The position numbers and the translations under genes are program-made. DNA of 62,935 nt, filler included, from Octopus bimaculoides (Eukaryota), in the NCBI RefSeq assembly GCF_001194135.2. It is 4 parts of 4 records of this genome, joined end to end, with 100 filler letters (N's around TTAATTAATTAA, not from the genome) between each part and the next. Parts side by side here need not be neighbours in the genome. Positions count along the whole stretch, not along the records: positions 58,736 to 62,935 come from NC_068984.1; 3 more parts are not named here. The stretch is one strand, 5' to 3'. The notes beneath the pieces were generated by a model. It searched no databases. It was not told the DNA's origin and saw only the letters and a program-made list of their open reading frames with translations. The first letter of the stretch is position 1. Every line of letters starts with the position of its first letter. Positions 62,907 through 62,935 of this stretch are shown here, piece after piece.

Positions 62907-62935
<29 letters not shown>

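Noticed and set aside
1-62935. CRISPR arrays, rRNA, operons or a novel multi-gene system
   Set aside because: There is no repeat-spacer array, no rRNA-like sequence and no gene-dense region. The window is eukaryotic repeat-rich DNA with one partial gene.

Overview
This is a eukaryotic, AT-rich, microsatellite-dense draft-assembly window with many N gaps. The repeat content looks like Octopus genomic DNA, which is an inference from repeat recognition and not a database match. Three artificial 100-bp spacers (44 N + TTAATTAATTAA + 44 N) split it into four pieces: 1-28504, 28605-45815, 45916-58635 and 58736-62935. The only well-supported gene is a 5-exon internal part of ATAD5 (ELG1, the RFC-like PCNA unloader) on the + strand at 47917-56578. 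Its splice phases are continuous if the fourth intron uses a GC donor. The rest is simple repeats, four abundant SINE-like families, and decayed transposons: CR1-like, RTE, R2-Hero-like, Penelope/Neptune-like, Tc1/mariner, a Helitron with both termini, and MITE/foldback elements. Four observations stand out. (i) There are several hammerhead-ribozyme-like motifs of the minimal Penelope-associated type; the best, at 11355-11400 (-), has a U4C core change. (ii) One SINE family keeps its CpGs outside the ATAD5 piece and loses them inside it, consistent with germline gene-body methylation. (iii) Two unrelated head-to-head palindromes are built from tRNA-like arms. (iv) The ATAD5 piece may be mis-joined to its left neighbour. 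I found no evidence of a new multi-gene system. Nearly all ORFs in the supplied track are microsatellite or N-gap artefacts. Repeat boundaries are approximate to about 10-20 bp unless termini are stated.
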